Positions 49,305-58,872 of a DNA stretch of 64,000 bases are shown here, in pieces. How positions within the stretch are numbered: the first letter of the stretch is position 1; the number at the start of each line of letters is the position of its first letter. A model generated the notes under the pieces. It worked only from the letters and a program-made list of their open reading frames with translations. It was not told the origin of the DNA and searched no databases. This DNA is from Actinophytocola sp. (lineage in GTDB: Bacteria > Actinomycetota > Actinomycetes > Mycobacteriales > Pseudonocardiaceae), in NCBI GenBank assembly GCA_009377395.1, contig WHUB01000008.1:20972-84971 (forward strand), written 5' to 3'. A program made the translations under genes and the position numbers.

Positions 49305-50366
49305 GTGGCCGCGATACGGGCCGAAGGGCTCTACAAAGTGTTCGGCAAGCGCCCCGGCGAGATGGTGCGCCTGCTGGAAGATGGCGCCAGCGCCGAGGAT
49401 GTGGCCTTGCGCGGCGCGACGGCCGCTGTGAGCGATGTAAACATCGAGGTGCAGCCGGGCGAGATCTTTGTCGTGATGGGACTGTCCGGCTCGGGGAAGT
49501 CGACGCTGATCCGCATGCTCAACGGGTTGTTGCTGCCCTCGGCGGGTCATGTCCACGTCGGCGGGAAGGACGTGGCCAAGCTGGACGCGAAGTCGTTGCG
49601 GCAGCTGCGTTCCGAGAAAATGAGCATGGTGTTCCAGCACTTCGCGCTGCTGCCGCATCACAGCGTGATCGAGAACGCCGGATATGCGCTGAAGGTACGC
49701 GGCGTGGACAAGGAGGAGCGCACGAAGAAGGCGCGGGAGGCGCTGGAGATGGTCGGTCTGTCCGGTTGGGAGGACCGGCTGCCGAGCCAGCTTTCCGGTG
49801 GCATGAAGCAGCGGGTGGGACTGGCCCGCGCGCTCGCCGCGGGGACCGACATCATGTTGATGGACGAGGCGTTCTCCGCGCTCGATCCGCTGATCCGCCG
49901 CGAGATGCAGGATCAGCTGATCGACTTGCAGCACCGGCTCAACAAGACGATCGTGTTCATCACCCACGATCTGAACGAGGCGATGCGGCTGGGGGACCGG
50001 ATCGCGGTGATGCGGACGGGCCGGATCGTGCAGGTCGGCACGTCGGAGGAGATTCTGCGGGAACCCGCCACGGACTACGTCGCCGAGTTCGTCAAGGACG
50101 TCGATCGCACCCGGGTGCTGACGGCGGCGTCGGTGATGGAGCCGGTTCCGGCCTCGTCGGCTTCGGCGACCTCGCCCGACGAGTACACCACGGTGTCGGC
50201 GGACACGCTGCTGGCCGATGTGTTCGCGATGACCGACACCACCCGGCTCCCGCTGGCGGTCGTGGACGGCGACAACCAGATGCTGGGTGTGATCAGGGAG
50301 CAGAACCTGCTGCACGCGATGGCCGGCAGCGAGCGAGTCATGGAGAAGGAGGCCAGTGATGGATGA
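49305..50366 (+). CDS. proV: glycine betaine/proline ABC transporter ATP-binding protein with C-terminal CBS region
   Basis: GTG 49305 (GGAGG 5 nt upstream). IFVVMGLSGSGKSTLIRMLN, LSGGMKQRVGLARAL, IMLMDEAFSALDPLIR, ITHDLNEAMRLGDRIAVM. Confidence 0.92.
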   Translation: MAAIRAEGLYKVFGKRPGEMVRLLEDGASAEDVALRGATAAVSDVNIEVQPGEIFVVMGLSGSGKSTLIRMLNGLLLPSAGHVHVGGKDVAKLDAKSLRQLRSEKMSMVFQHFALLPHHSVIENAGYALKVRGVDKEERTKKAREALEMVGLSGWEDRLPSQLSGGMKQRVGLARALAAGTDIMLMDEAFSALDPLIRREMQDQLIDLQHRLNKTIVFITHDLNEAMRLGDRIAVMRTGRIVQVGTSEEILREPATDYVAEFVKDVDRTRVLTAASVMEPVPASSASATSPDEYTTVSADTLLADVFAMTDTTRLPLAVVDGDNQMLGVIREQNLLHAMAGSERVMEKEASDG

Positions 50367-51231
50367 GTGGCGCATTCCGCTCGGTGTGTGGGCCGATCAC
50401 TTCATCGAGTGGGTCACGGAGACCTTCGAGGGTTTCTTCGAATGGCTGTCTGAAGTCATGACCGCTGGTTATACTCAGCTGACGGCGTTGCTGAACTGGC
50501 CGCCCGCCATCGTGATGATCCTGATCCTCGGCGTGCTCGGGTTCCTGGCCCGGGGCATCGCGTTCGGCATCGCGGGCACGCTGGCGTTGTTCGTGATCCA
50601 GCTGCTCGCCCAGTGGTCCAACGCGATGGCGACGCTCTCGCTGGTGATCGTGTCCGTCATCGTGGCGACGGCGATCGGGATCCCGATCGGGATCGCGGCG
50701 TCGCGCTCGCGGATCGTGAGCAATCTGGTGCGGCCGGTGCTGGACTTCATGCAGACACTGCCGCCACTGGTGTACCTGATCCCGGCAGTGATCGTGTTCA
50801 GTGTCGGGGTGGTGCCCGGCATCATCGCCACCATCGTGTTCGCCATGCCCCCGGCGGTGCGGCTGACCGAGCTGGGCATCCGGCAGGTCGATCCGGAGGT
50901 GGTCGAAGCGGGCCACGCGTTCGGCAGCACACCGGGAAAGATCCTGGCGCAGATCCAGATCCCGCTGGCCCGGCCGACGATCATGGCAGGCATCAACCAG
51001 GTGATCATGCTGGCGCTGTCTATGGTCGTGCTCGCCGGATTCGTCGGCGGCCCAGGCCTCGGCCAGCAGGTGCTGTCCGCGATCTCCCAGCTCGAGGTCG
51101 GTCTCGGTGTCGAGGCCGGACTCGCCGTGGTGATCCTCGCGATCTACCTGGACAGAGTGACCGCGGCACTCGGGACGCAGACGGGCGCGTCACGCCTGCG
51201 CAACGTGAGACGACGCGCCCTCAAGCCCTAA
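50359..51231 (+). CDS. proW: glycine betaine/proline ABC transporter permease
   Basis: IPLGVWADHFIEWV...MQTLPPLVYLIPAVIVFSVG.VPG.IAT..FA.PP..RLT..GI..V. ATG 50359 follows AAGGAGG; overlaps the proV stop. Confidence 0.92.
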   Translation: MDEWRIPLGVWADHFIEWVTETFEGFFEWLSEVMTAGYTQLTALLNWPPAIVMILILGVLGFLARGIAFGIAGTLALFVIQLLAQWSNAMATLSLVIVSVIVATAIGIPIGIAASRSRIVSNLVRPVLDFMQTLPPLVYLIPAVIVFSVGVVPGIIATIVFAMPPAVRLTELGIRQVDPEVVEAGHAFGSTPGKILAQIQIPLARPTIMAGINQVIMLALSMVVLAGFVGGPGLGQQVLSAISQLEVGLGVEAGLAVVILAIYLDRVTAALGTQTGASRLRNVRRRALKP

Positions 51232-51280
51232 CCCTCAACGGGCACCCAACAGTCCGAGCAGGAACGATCAAGGAGGAACC

Positions 51281-52204
51281 ATGAAGCTCAACAACATTCT
51301 GCGAGGCCAGCGCTTAATCGGCAGCCTCGCCGTAGCGGCGCTTGCGCTGACCGCGTGCGGGGGCGGTGGCAGCGAAGGCGGCGGGGGTGCAGAGGGTCCC
51401 ATGGCCGGTCAGGAGATCACTATCGGCGTGTTCAGCGGGTGGGAGGAAGGCATCGCCGCTTCCTACCTGTGGGGCCACATCTTCGAGAAGGCCGGTGCTG
51501 AGGTCAGCTACCAGACCGCCGAAGCTGGCCCAACGTTTGCGGGTGTCGCCCAGGGCCAGACCGACGTGAGCTTCGACGCGTGGCTACCGGCCACGCACGC
51601 GGACTACTGGAAGGAGTACGGGCCCGACCTTGAGGACCTCGGCGCGTGGTTCGACGACGCGCCGCTGACGATCGCGGTGAACAAGGACGCTCCGATCCAG
51701 TCGCTCGCGGAGCTGAAGGCGAACGCGGACAAGTTCGGCGGCAGGATCGTCGGCATCGAACCCGGCGCCGGCCTGACTCAGATCACCAAGGAAGACGTGA
51801 TCCCGCAGTACGGCCTGCAGAACATGAAGCTGGTCGAGTCGTCGACGACGGCGATGCTGGCCGAGCTGAGGTCCGCGACCGAGTCCGGTGAGAACATCGC
51901 GGTGACGCTGTGGCGACCGCACTGGGCCTACTCGGCGTTTCCGATCCGGGACCTCAAGGACCCGAAGAACGCGCTCGGCGACCCAGAGGAGATCCACGCG
52001 TTCGGCACCAAGGGCTTCAGCGAGGAGTACCCCGAGGCCGCTAAGTGGATCAAGAACTTCAAGATGACCGACGAGCAGCTCAGCTCGCTCGAAGAGCTCA
52101 TGTTCAACGAGAACCAGGGCCAGAAGAACGAGCTGTCGGTCGACCAGTGGCTGAAGGACAACCCTGGCTTCGTCAAGCAGATGACGAACGGTGCGGTGTC
52201 CTGA
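51281..52204 (+). CDS. proX: glycine betaine ABC transporter substrate-binding lipoprotein
   Basis: Lipobox LALTACGGG; ..ITIGVFSGWEEGIAASYLW...DAWLPATHADYW...GIEPGAGL. AAGGAGG RBS. Confidence 0.9.
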   Translation: MKLNNILRGQRLIGSLAVAALALTACGGGGSEGGGGAEGPMAGQEITIGVFSGWEEGIAASYLWGHIFEKAGAEVSYQTAEAGPTFAGVAQGQTDVSFDAWLPATHADYWKEYGPDLEDLGAWFDDAPLTIAVNKDAPIQSLAELKANADKFGGRIVGIEPGAGLTQITKEDVIPQYGLQNMKLVESSTTAMLAELRSATESGENIAVTLWRPHWAYSAFPIRDLKDPKNALGDPEEIHAFGTKGFSEEYPEAAKWIKNFKMTDEQLSSLEELMFNENQGQKNELSVDQWLKDNPGFVKQMTNGAVS

Positions 52205-52227
52205 TACGGACTGACTGACACATAAGG

Positions 52228-52261
52228 TCGGCCCCCGCGCCCATATGGGCACGGGGGCCGA
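52228..52261. terminator. strong bidirectional hairpin between convergent proX and the purine operon
   Basis: tcggcccccg-cgcccatatgggca-cgggggccga: 10-bp outer stem plus an inner gccca/tgggc stem. Confidence 0.75.
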
Positions 52262-52274
52262 TCCTTGGTTGGGG

Positions 52275-52760
52275 TCAGTACGCCACGCGTTCGCTGTTGG
52301 CGAGCCAGGCGTCGAACGGCGTCCGGCTCGCGTCGAGCGCGACCGCGCTGACCGGCATCGGCCAGTCGGTGCGGGACTGCTCGAACAGGTCGTAGAACGC
52401 GAGGTCGTCGAACCCGGCCTTGGCCGCGTCGTAGCGGTCGGCGGTGTAGGTGACGCGGTCCAGCCGCGCCCACAGTGCCGCCGACACGCACAGCGGGCAC
52501 GGCTCGCACGAGCTGACCAGCTCGCAGCCGGTCAGGTCGAAGGTGTCGAGCTTGCGGCACGCGGCGCGGATGGCGACCACTTCCGCGTGCGCCGTCGGGT
52601 CGGCGTCGAGCGTGACCCGGTTGGTGCCGGTCGACACGAGCTGCCCGTCGCGGACGACGAGCGCGCCGAACGGCCCGCCACCGGCGGCGACGTTCTCCCG
52701 CGCCAGCCGCACGGCCAGCGTGAGCCAGTTCGTGTCGGTGGCGGTCTCAACATGCGTCAT
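52275..52760 (-). CDS. CDA-fold nucleoside/guanine deaminase
   Basis: GGPFGALVV...DPTAHAEVVAIRAAC...ELVSSCEPCPLC is the zinc-deaminase H(A)E...PCxxC signature. ~160 aa like CDA-type guanine deaminases; last gene of the purine operon. Confidence 0.8.
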   Translation of the reverse strand: MTHVETATDTNWLTLAVRLARENVAAGGGPFGALVVRDGQLVSTGTNRVTLDADPTAHAEVVAIRAACRKLDTFDLTGCELVSSCEPCPLCVSAALWARLDRVTYTADRYDAAKAGFDDLAFYDLFEQSRTDWPMPVSAVALDASRTPFDAWLANSERVAY

Positions 52761-52772
52761 TTCGATTCCTTG

Positions 52773-54707
52773 TCAGCTCTTGACGGTCGTCTTGGCGGGC
52801 TCGGGGTCCGCCTCGCGGACGATGTCGCCCAGCCGCACATTGACGATCTTGGCGATCTCGACCAGCGCGGTCGCGCGTTCCTGCTCCGGCGGGTTGTGCA
52901 GCCGCGACTCGGCGATGTCGACCACCTCGTCCGCCGACAGCCCCCGCACGCAGATCACCAACGGGAACCCGTACGTCTCGCGGTAGGCGTCGTTGATCTC
53001 GGTGAGCCGTTGCGTCTCGTCCGGCGGCAGGTGGTGCAGTCCCGCCTTGCACTGGTCGCGCAGCGACTCCCGGCCCAGCCGGTGCTCGGCGAGCGCCGCT
53101 CCCGCCAGGTCGGGATAGCAGCGGATCAGTTCGAGCTGGCGCTGCTCGTCGGCCTCGAACAGGGTGGTGTGCAAGGCACGCCGCAGCGCGTACGGTCCGT
53201 CGAACGGACGGCGGTCGGCCGCCGCGCGCGCGATCCACTCGCCACCCTGGAACGCCGAGCCGATCCGCTCGGTGAACTCCTCGGTGTCCATGGCGTTGAC
53301 GGTGTCCATGTCGACCGGCGCGGGCGGCGTGGTCGCGGCGACCTCAGCCTTGTCCTTGCGCCGGAACACGTTGAAGACCAGGTTGAGCAGGATCGCGGAC
53401 ACGCTGCCCATGGTGATGCCGCTCGCGAGCAGCATCTGCACCTTCTCGGGCAGGAAGCCGTAGAACTCGGGGAAGGCGACCGGGACGAGCGCGAGCCCGA
53501 GGCTGGTTGCCAGGATCACCACGTTGCGCTCCTCGCGGAAGTCGACCCGGCCGAGCGTCTGGATGCCGACCACCGCGACGGTGCCGAACAGCACCAGGGC
53601 GGCGCCACCGAGCACGGCGTGCGGGATGCCGGCCACGATCGCGCCGGTCTTCGGCAGCAGCCCGATCGCCATCATGAAGACGCCCGCCGTCGCGACGACC
53701 CAGCGGCTGCGCACCCGGGTCAGCCGCACCAGGCCGACGTTCTCGGCGAACGTGGTGTAGGGGAAGGAGTTCAGTACTCCGCCGATGCTGGTGGCGAGGC
53801 CGTCCGCGCGCAGCGCCTTGGCAACGTCATCGCCGCCGACCTTCTTGCGCACGATCTCCCCGGTCGCGAAGACGTCACCGGTGGTCTCCACCGCCGTGAT
53901 CAGCATGACGATGATCATTGAGACGATGGCCGCCAGACTGAAGGTCGGTAGTCCATAGTGGAACGGCGTGATGACGCCGAACCACGGCGTCTCGGCGACC
54001 GAGCCGAAGTGTGCGTACCCGAACGGCCATGCCGCGAGCGTCCCGGCGACGAGTCCGATGAGGACGGCGATGGTGGCGAGGAAGCCACGGAAGAACCGGT
54101 GCAGCAGCAGGATCAGCATCAGCGTGCCCGCCGCCATGATGAGGTTGGCCGGGCTGCCGAAGTCCTTCGCGGTGGGATCGCCGCCACCTGCCTCCATGGC
54201 GGCGACCGGCAGCAGCACCAGACCGATGCTGGTGATGACGGTGCCGGTCACGATGGGCGGGAAGAACCGGATCAGCTTCGCGAAGAACGGTGCGATGAGG
54301 AAGGCGAACACGCCCGCCACGATCACCGCGCCGTAGATGTCGCGCAGCCCCGGCACACCGCCGCCCGCCGCGCTGCCGATGGCGATCATCGGCGCCACCG
54401 CGGTGAAGGTCACGCCCTGGATCAGCGGCAGTCGCACGCCGACCTTCCAGAACCCGACGGTCTGGATCAGCGTCGCGATGCCGCACGTGAACAGGTCGGC
54501 GTTGATCAGGTAGGCGAGCTGCTGCTCGTTGAGGCCGATCGCGCCCGCCAGCAGCAGCGGCACGACGACCGCGCCCGCGTAGAAGGCGAGCACGTGCTGC
54601 AGGCCGTAGACGGTCAGCTTGCCGGGCGGCAGGACCTGGTCGACCGGATGTTTCGCCGAGTGTTTCGGCTCGGCGTCGGGAGAGTTCTTTGTGGACTTGC
54701 GGAACAT
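52773..54707 (-). CDS. NCS2-family purine (xanthine/urate) permease fused to a C-terminal OHCU-decarboxylase-like domain
   Basis: N-terminal ~460 aa: GLQHVLAFYAGAVVVPLLLA...LPLIQGVTFTAVAPMI...multi-TM NCS2 pattern. C-terminal 180 aa (52776..53315): LELIRCYPDLAGAALA..LGRESLRDQCKAGL...YRETYGFPLVICVRG...ALVEIAKIVNVRL. Confidence 0.8.
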   Translation of the reverse strand: MFRKSTKNSPDAEPKHSAKHPVDQVLPPGKLTVYGLQHVLAFYAGAVVVPLLLAGAIGLNEQQLAYLINADLFTCGIATLIQTVGFWKVGVRLPLIQGVTFTAVAPMIAIGSAAGGGVPGLRDIYGAVIVAGVFAFLIAPFFAKLIRFFPPIVTGTVITSIGLVLLPVAAMEAGGGDPTAKDFGSPANLIMAAGTLMLILLLHRFFRGFLATIAVLIGLVAGTLAAWPFGYAHFGSVAETPWFGVITPFHYGLPTFSLAAIVSMIIVMLITAVETTGDVFATGEIVRKKVGGDDVAKALRADGLATSIGGVLNSFPYTTFAENVGLVRLTRVRSRWVVATAGVFMMAIGLLPKTGAIVAGIPHAVLGGAALVLFGTVAVVGIQTLGRVDFREERNVVILATSLGLALVPVAFPEFYGFLPEKVQMLLASGITMGSVSAILLNLVFNVFRRKDKAEVAATTPPAPVDMDTVNAMDTEEFTERIGSAFQGGEWIARAAADRRPFDGPYALRRALHTTLFEADEQRQLELIRCYPDLAGAALAEHRLGRESLRDQCKAGLHHLPPDETQRLTEINDAYRETYGFPLVICVRGLSADEVVDIAESRLHNPPEQERATALVEIAKIVNVRLGDIVREADPEPAKTTVKS

Positions 54708-54734
54708 GGCCGCTCCCTGAGTCGGGCTTGCGTT

Positions 54735-57050
54735 CTAGTGAGTACCGGTGATGTGGTGCGGTTGGACGGGGACCCGGGTCAGGTCCGCGCCGGTCGCGTG
54801 CCGGATGGCGGCGACGATCGCGGGGGTGGACGAGATCGTCGGGGGTTCACCGACGCCGCGCAGCCCGTATGGGGCGTGCGGGTCGGCGAGTTCGAGCACA
54901 TCCACCCGCATGGGTGGCATGTCGAGAATCGTGGGGATGAGGTAGTCGGTGAACGACGGGTTGCGGACCACGCCGCCGGACACCTGGATCTCCTCCATGA
55001 CGGCGAGGCCGAGGCCCTGCGCCGAGCCGCCGTGGATCTGGCCGACGACGGCGTCGGGGTTCATCGCCTTGCCGACGTCCTGGGCGCAGTCGAGCTGCAC
55101 CACCCGGACCAGGCCCAGCTCGACGTCGACGTCGACGACCGCGCGGTGCGCGGCGAAGGCGTACTGCACGTGCGCGTTGCCCTGCCCGGTCTTCTCGTCG
55201 AGCTCGTAGGTTGGGCGATGCCGCCAGGTCACGGTCTCGGTGATCGTCTCGTCGCCGAGGACGTCGACGACGGCGGCGACCACGGCCTCGTCGGCGGAGA
55301 CGAGCTTGCCGGCGTGCAGCCGGAGCTGGCTGGCGGGCAGGTCCAGCGTCTTCGCCGCCTGCCGCAGCACCCGGGCCCGGACCTGCTCGCAGGCCGCCTT
55401 GACCGCGCCGCCGGTGACGTAGGTCTGCCGCGAGGCCGACGTTGACCCGCCGGAGCCGACGCCGGTGTCGGCGGGCTGGATCACCACCTGCTCGACACCA
55501 AGCTCGGTGCGCGCGATCTGCTGCTGCACGGTGACGAGACCCTGGCCGACCTCGGCGGCCGCGGTGTGGACCGTGGCGACGGCGTCCCCGCCGGTGACCT
55601 TGAGCGTCACGCGGGCGGTCGAGTAGTCGTCGAAACCCTCGGAGAAGCAGACGTTCTTGATGCCGATGGCGTAGCCGACGCCTCGCCGCACACCTTCGCC
55701 ATGGGTGGTGTTGGAGACTCCGCCGGGCAGCAGCCGCAGGTCGTAGCCGTCGTCCGATGTGGACGTCTCTGGCGGCAGCGGCATGGCCTTGACCCGCCGC
55801 AGCAGCTCGGCCACCGGCGCGGCCGAGTCGACCACCTGCCCGGTCGGCATGGTCGCGCCCTCGTGCAGCGCGTTGCGGTTGCGGACCTCGACCGGATCCA
55901 TGCCCAGCTCGGCGGCCAGCTTGTCCATTTGGGACTCGTAGCCGAACGCCGCCTGTACCGCGCCGAAACCGCGCATCGCACCGCACGGCGGGTTGTTGGT
56001 GTAGACGCCGTAGCAGTCGACGACGACGTTCTTCACCTTGTACGGGCCGACCCCGAGCGTGGCGGCGTTGGCGACCACGGCGGGCGTGCTCGACGCGTAC
56101 GCGCCGCCGTCCAGGATGATCTGCGCCTTGACGTAGACCAGCCTGCCGTCCCGGGTGGCGCCGTGCTCGTAGCGCATCGTGGCGGGGTGCCGGTGCACGT
56201 GACCGAAGAACGACTCCTCGCGCGAGTACACCATCTTCACCGGACGCCCGGTGTGCAGCGCCAGCAGACAGGCGTGGGCCTGCATCGACAGGTCCTCGCG
56301 GGCGCCGAACGCGCCGCCGACCCCGGCCAGCGACAGCCGCACCTTGCCGGCGGGCATGCCGAGCACCCGGCAGAGCTGCTTCTGGTCCACGTGCAGCCAC
56401 TGCGTGGCGACGTAGAGGTCGACGCCGCCGTCGTCGGCGGGCACCGCGAGGCCGGACTCCGGTCCGAGGAACGCCTGGTCCTGCATGCCGACCTCGTACT
56501 CGCCGTGCACCACGACCTCGGCGGTCGCGTCCGGGTCGCCCTTGCGGATCGGCAGGTACCGCAGCACGTTCCCGCCCTCGTGCAGCGCGGGAGCGTTGAC
56601 GTCGAAGGCGGCGCGCTCGGCGTCGACCAGCGGCTCGTGCACCTCGTAGTCCACGACGATCTTGGCGACCGCGCGCCGGGCAGTCTCCGGATGGTCGGCG
56701 GCCACGATCGCGACCGGCTCACCCTGGTAGCGGATCACGTCGCCGGCGAGCACCGGCTGGTCGGCGTGCTCCAGGCCGAAGCGATTGTCCCCGGGGATGT
56801 CGTCGTGGGTGAGCACCGCGTAGACGCCGTCGGTGCGCACCGCCTCGGTGATGTCGATCGAGCGGATGCGCGCCGAGGGGTGCGGGCTGCGCAGCGTCGC
56901 GCCCCACAGCATTCCGGTCAGCCACAGGTCGGACGAGTACGCGAACTCGCCCTTGACCTTCAGCGTGCCGTCGGGGCGCAGCGGGCTCTCGCCGACACCG
57001 CCCGCGATGTCGGTGCCCAGGTCCTGTTCGGTGCGGGTGGGCGTGGTCAT
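54735..57050 (-). CDS. xanthine dehydrogenase family molybdopterin-binding large subunit
   Basis: 771 aa from MTTPTRTEQ. ..GESPLRPDGTLKVKGEFAYSSDL...GGAFGARED...GAMRGFG..Q..F..E..... Start ATG overlaps the upstream stop (ATGA). The longer track ORF (to 58193) is an out-of-frame read of the amidohydrolase gene. Confidence 0.9.
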   Translation of the reverse strand: MTTPTRTEQDLGTDIAGGVGESPLRPDGTLKVKGEFAYSSDLWLTGMLWGATLRSPHPSARIRSIDITEAVRTDGVYAVLTHDDIPGDNRFGLEHADQPVLAGDVIRYQGEPVAIVAADHPETARRAVAKIVVDYEVHEPLVDAERAAFDVNAPALHEGGNVLRYLPIRKGDPDATAEVVVHGEYEVGMQDQAFLGPESGLAVPADDGGVDLYVATQWLHVDQKQLCRVLGMPAGKVRLSLAGVGGAFGAREDLSMQAHACLLALHTGRPVKMVYSREESFFGHVHRHPATMRYEHGATRDGRLVYVKAQIILDGGAYASSTPAVVANAATLGVGPYKVKNVVVDCYGVYTNNPPCGAMRGFGAVQAAFGYESQMDKLAAELGMDPVEVRNRNALHEGATMPTGQVVDSAAPVAELLRRVKAMPLPPETSTSDDGYDLRLLPGGVSNTTHGEGVRRGVGYAIGIKNVCFSEGFDDYSTARVTLKVTGGDAVATVHTAAAEVGQGLVTVQQQIARTELGVEQVVIQPADTGVGSGGSTSASRQTYVTGGAVKAACEQVRARVLRQAAKTLDLPASQLRLHAGKLVSADEAVVAAVVDVLGDETITETVTWRHRPTYELDEKTGQGNAHVQYAFAAHRAVVDVDVELGLVRVVQLDCAQDVGKAMNPDAVVGQIHGGSAQGLGLAVMEEIQVSGGVVRNPSFTDYLIPTILDMPPMRVDVLELADPHAPYGLRGVGEPPTISSTPAIVAAIRHATGADLTRVPVQPHHITGTH

Positions 57051-58402
57051 CAGAGCGCCTCCTGCAGCGTGCGGCTCGCGGTGCGCGCGGCACGGGCGAG
57101 CTCGAATTCGTCCACGGTGGACAGATGGTCGTGCTCGACGACGGTGTGGCCGCCGACGAGCAGCCGGGCGAGTGGCGGTCGCGACCCGAGCACCAGCGCC
57201 GCGACCGGGTCGGCGATCCCGGCGTGACCGAGGCCGTCGACGCGCCACAGCGCGATGTCGGCGAGCTTGCCCGGCTCCAGCGAGCCGAGGTCGGCCTCCC
57301 GGCCGAGGCAGCGCGCGCCGCCGAGCGTGCCGAGTTCCAGCGCCTCGCGGGCGGTGAGCGCGGCGGGTCCGCCGCGCAGCCGCGCGACGAGCGCGGCCTG
57401 CCGCAGCTCGTCGCCCAGCGAACTCTGCTCGTTGGACGCCGCGCCGTCGACGCCGAGGCCGACCGGCGCGCCCGCGTCGAGCAGCGCCCGCACCGGCGCG
57501 AGACCCGCGCCCAGCCTCGCGTTGGACGTCGGGCAGTGGGCGACGCCGGTGCCGGTGGTGCCGAGCCGTTTCACGGCGGCGTCGTCCAGGTGGACGCAGT
57601 GCGCCAGCCACACGTCGTCGCCGAGCCAGCCGAGGTCGTCGATGTAGTCGACGGGGGAGCGGCCGAACTGCTCGCGGGCGAAGCTCTCCTCGTCCAGCGT
57701 CTCGGCGAGGTGGGTGTGCAGCCGGACGCCCTTGCGCCGCGCCAGCTCGGCCGTCTCGCGCATGAGCGCGCCGGACGCCGAGAACGGCGAGCAGGGTGCC
57801 ACCGCGATCCGCACCAGCGCGTCGGGGGACGGGTCGTGCCAGGTCTCGATGGCGGCCTCGGTGGCGGCGAGGATGTGGTCGCGGTCCTCGACCACCTCGT
57901 CCGGCGGCAGCCCGCCCGCAGAGCGGCCGAGGTCCATCGAGCCCCGGCAGGGGTGGAACCGGACTCCGACGCGGCGGGCGGCCTCGATCTCGGCGGCGAG
58001 CAGGTCGCCAGCGGAGTGGGGGAAGACGTAGTGGTGGTCGGTCGACGTCGTGCAGCCGGACTTCGCCAGCCAGCCGAGCGCGGCACCGGCGGCGGCCGAG
58101 GTGATTTCGGCGTCGATTCCGGCCCACACCGGGTACAGCGTGGTGAGCCAGCCGAACAGCGTCTCGTCCTGCGCCAGCCCGCGGCTGGCCCACTGGTACA
58201 GGTGGTGGTGGGTGTTGACGAGGCCGGGCGTGGCGAGGCAGCCGCTGCCGTCGATGCGTTCGACGCCCTCGACGTTCGGTCCCTTGCCCGGCCCGACGGC
58301 CTCGATCCGGCCGTTCTCTATCACGACGTGGCCGTCGGCGTACTCGGTGCCCGCCGGGGCCACTGTCGCGACGGCGCAGCCCTCGATGACCGTGCGCGTC
58401 AT
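57050..58402 (-). CDS. amidohydrolase of the guanine/cytosine deaminase superfamily (8-oxoguanine deaminase-like)
   Basis: 450 aa from [26 protein letters not shown] (HxH metal site), RLHTHLAETLDEE, AHCVHL, VGLGVDGAASN. ATGA overlaps at both ends. The specific substrate is inferred only. Confidence 0.8.
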   Translation of the reverse strand: MTRTVIEGCAVATVAPAGTEYADGHVVIENGRIEAVGPGKGPNVEGVERIDGSGCLATPGLVNTHHHLYQWASRGLAQDETLFGWLTTLYPVWAGIDAEITSAAAGAALGWLAKSGCTTSTDHHYVFPHSAGDLLAAEIEAARRVGVRFHPCRGSMDLGRSAGGLPPDEVVEDRDHILAATEAAIETWHDPSPDALVRIAVAPCSPFSASGALMRETAELARRKGVRLHTHLAETLDEESFAREQFGRSPVDYIDDLGWLGDDVWLAHCVHLDDAAVKRLGTTGTGVAHCPTSNARLGAGLAPVRALLDAGAPVGLGVDGAASNEQSSLGDELRQAALVARLRGGPAALTAREALELGTLGGARCLGREADLGSLEPGKLADIALWRVDGLGHAGIADPVAALVLGSRPPLARLLVGGHTVVEHDHLSTVDEFELARAARTASRTLQEAL

Positions 58403-58872
58403 TCCTGGCCCGCCTTCGCCGTGGCGGCCTGCCGGACCGCGTCCAGGATCTTCTCGTAGCCGGTGCAGCGGCACAGGTTGCCGGCCAGCGCCTCCCGGAT
58501 CTCCGGGTCGCTCGGCTGCGGCTCGCGTTCGAGCAGGTCGTGGGTGGCGACCAGCAGCCCGGGGGTGCAGAAGCCGCACTGCACCGCCCCGGCGTCGAGG
58601 AACGCCTGCTGCACCGGGTGCAGCTCGCCCTCGTCGGCCAGGCCCTCCACGGTCACCACGTCGCGGTCGTGCGCCTGACCGGCCGCGACCAGGCACGCGC
58701 ACACCGGCGTGCCGTCGAGGTAGACGGTGCAGGAGCCGCATTCGCCCTGCTCGCAGGCGTTCTTGGAGCCGGGCAGACCCATGCGCTCGCGCAGCGCGTA
58801 GAGCAGGCTCTCGCCCTCCCACACGTCGTCGATCTCCTGCCGCTCGCCGTTGACGGTGCACCTCACGCGCAT
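58399..58872 (-). CDS. xanthine dehydrogenase family (2Fe-2S)-binding small subunit
   Basis: [10 protein letters not shown]...[16 protein letters not shown]...QCGFCTPG...NLCRCTGY. Confidence 0.92.
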   Translation of the reverse strand: MRVRCTVNGERQEIDDVWEGESLLYALRERMGLPGSKNACEQGECGSCTVYLDGTPVCACLVAAGQAHDRDVVTVEGLADEGELHPVQQAFLDAGAVQCGFCTPGLLVATHDLLEREPQPSDPEIREALAGNLCRCTGYEKILDAVRQAATAKAGQE

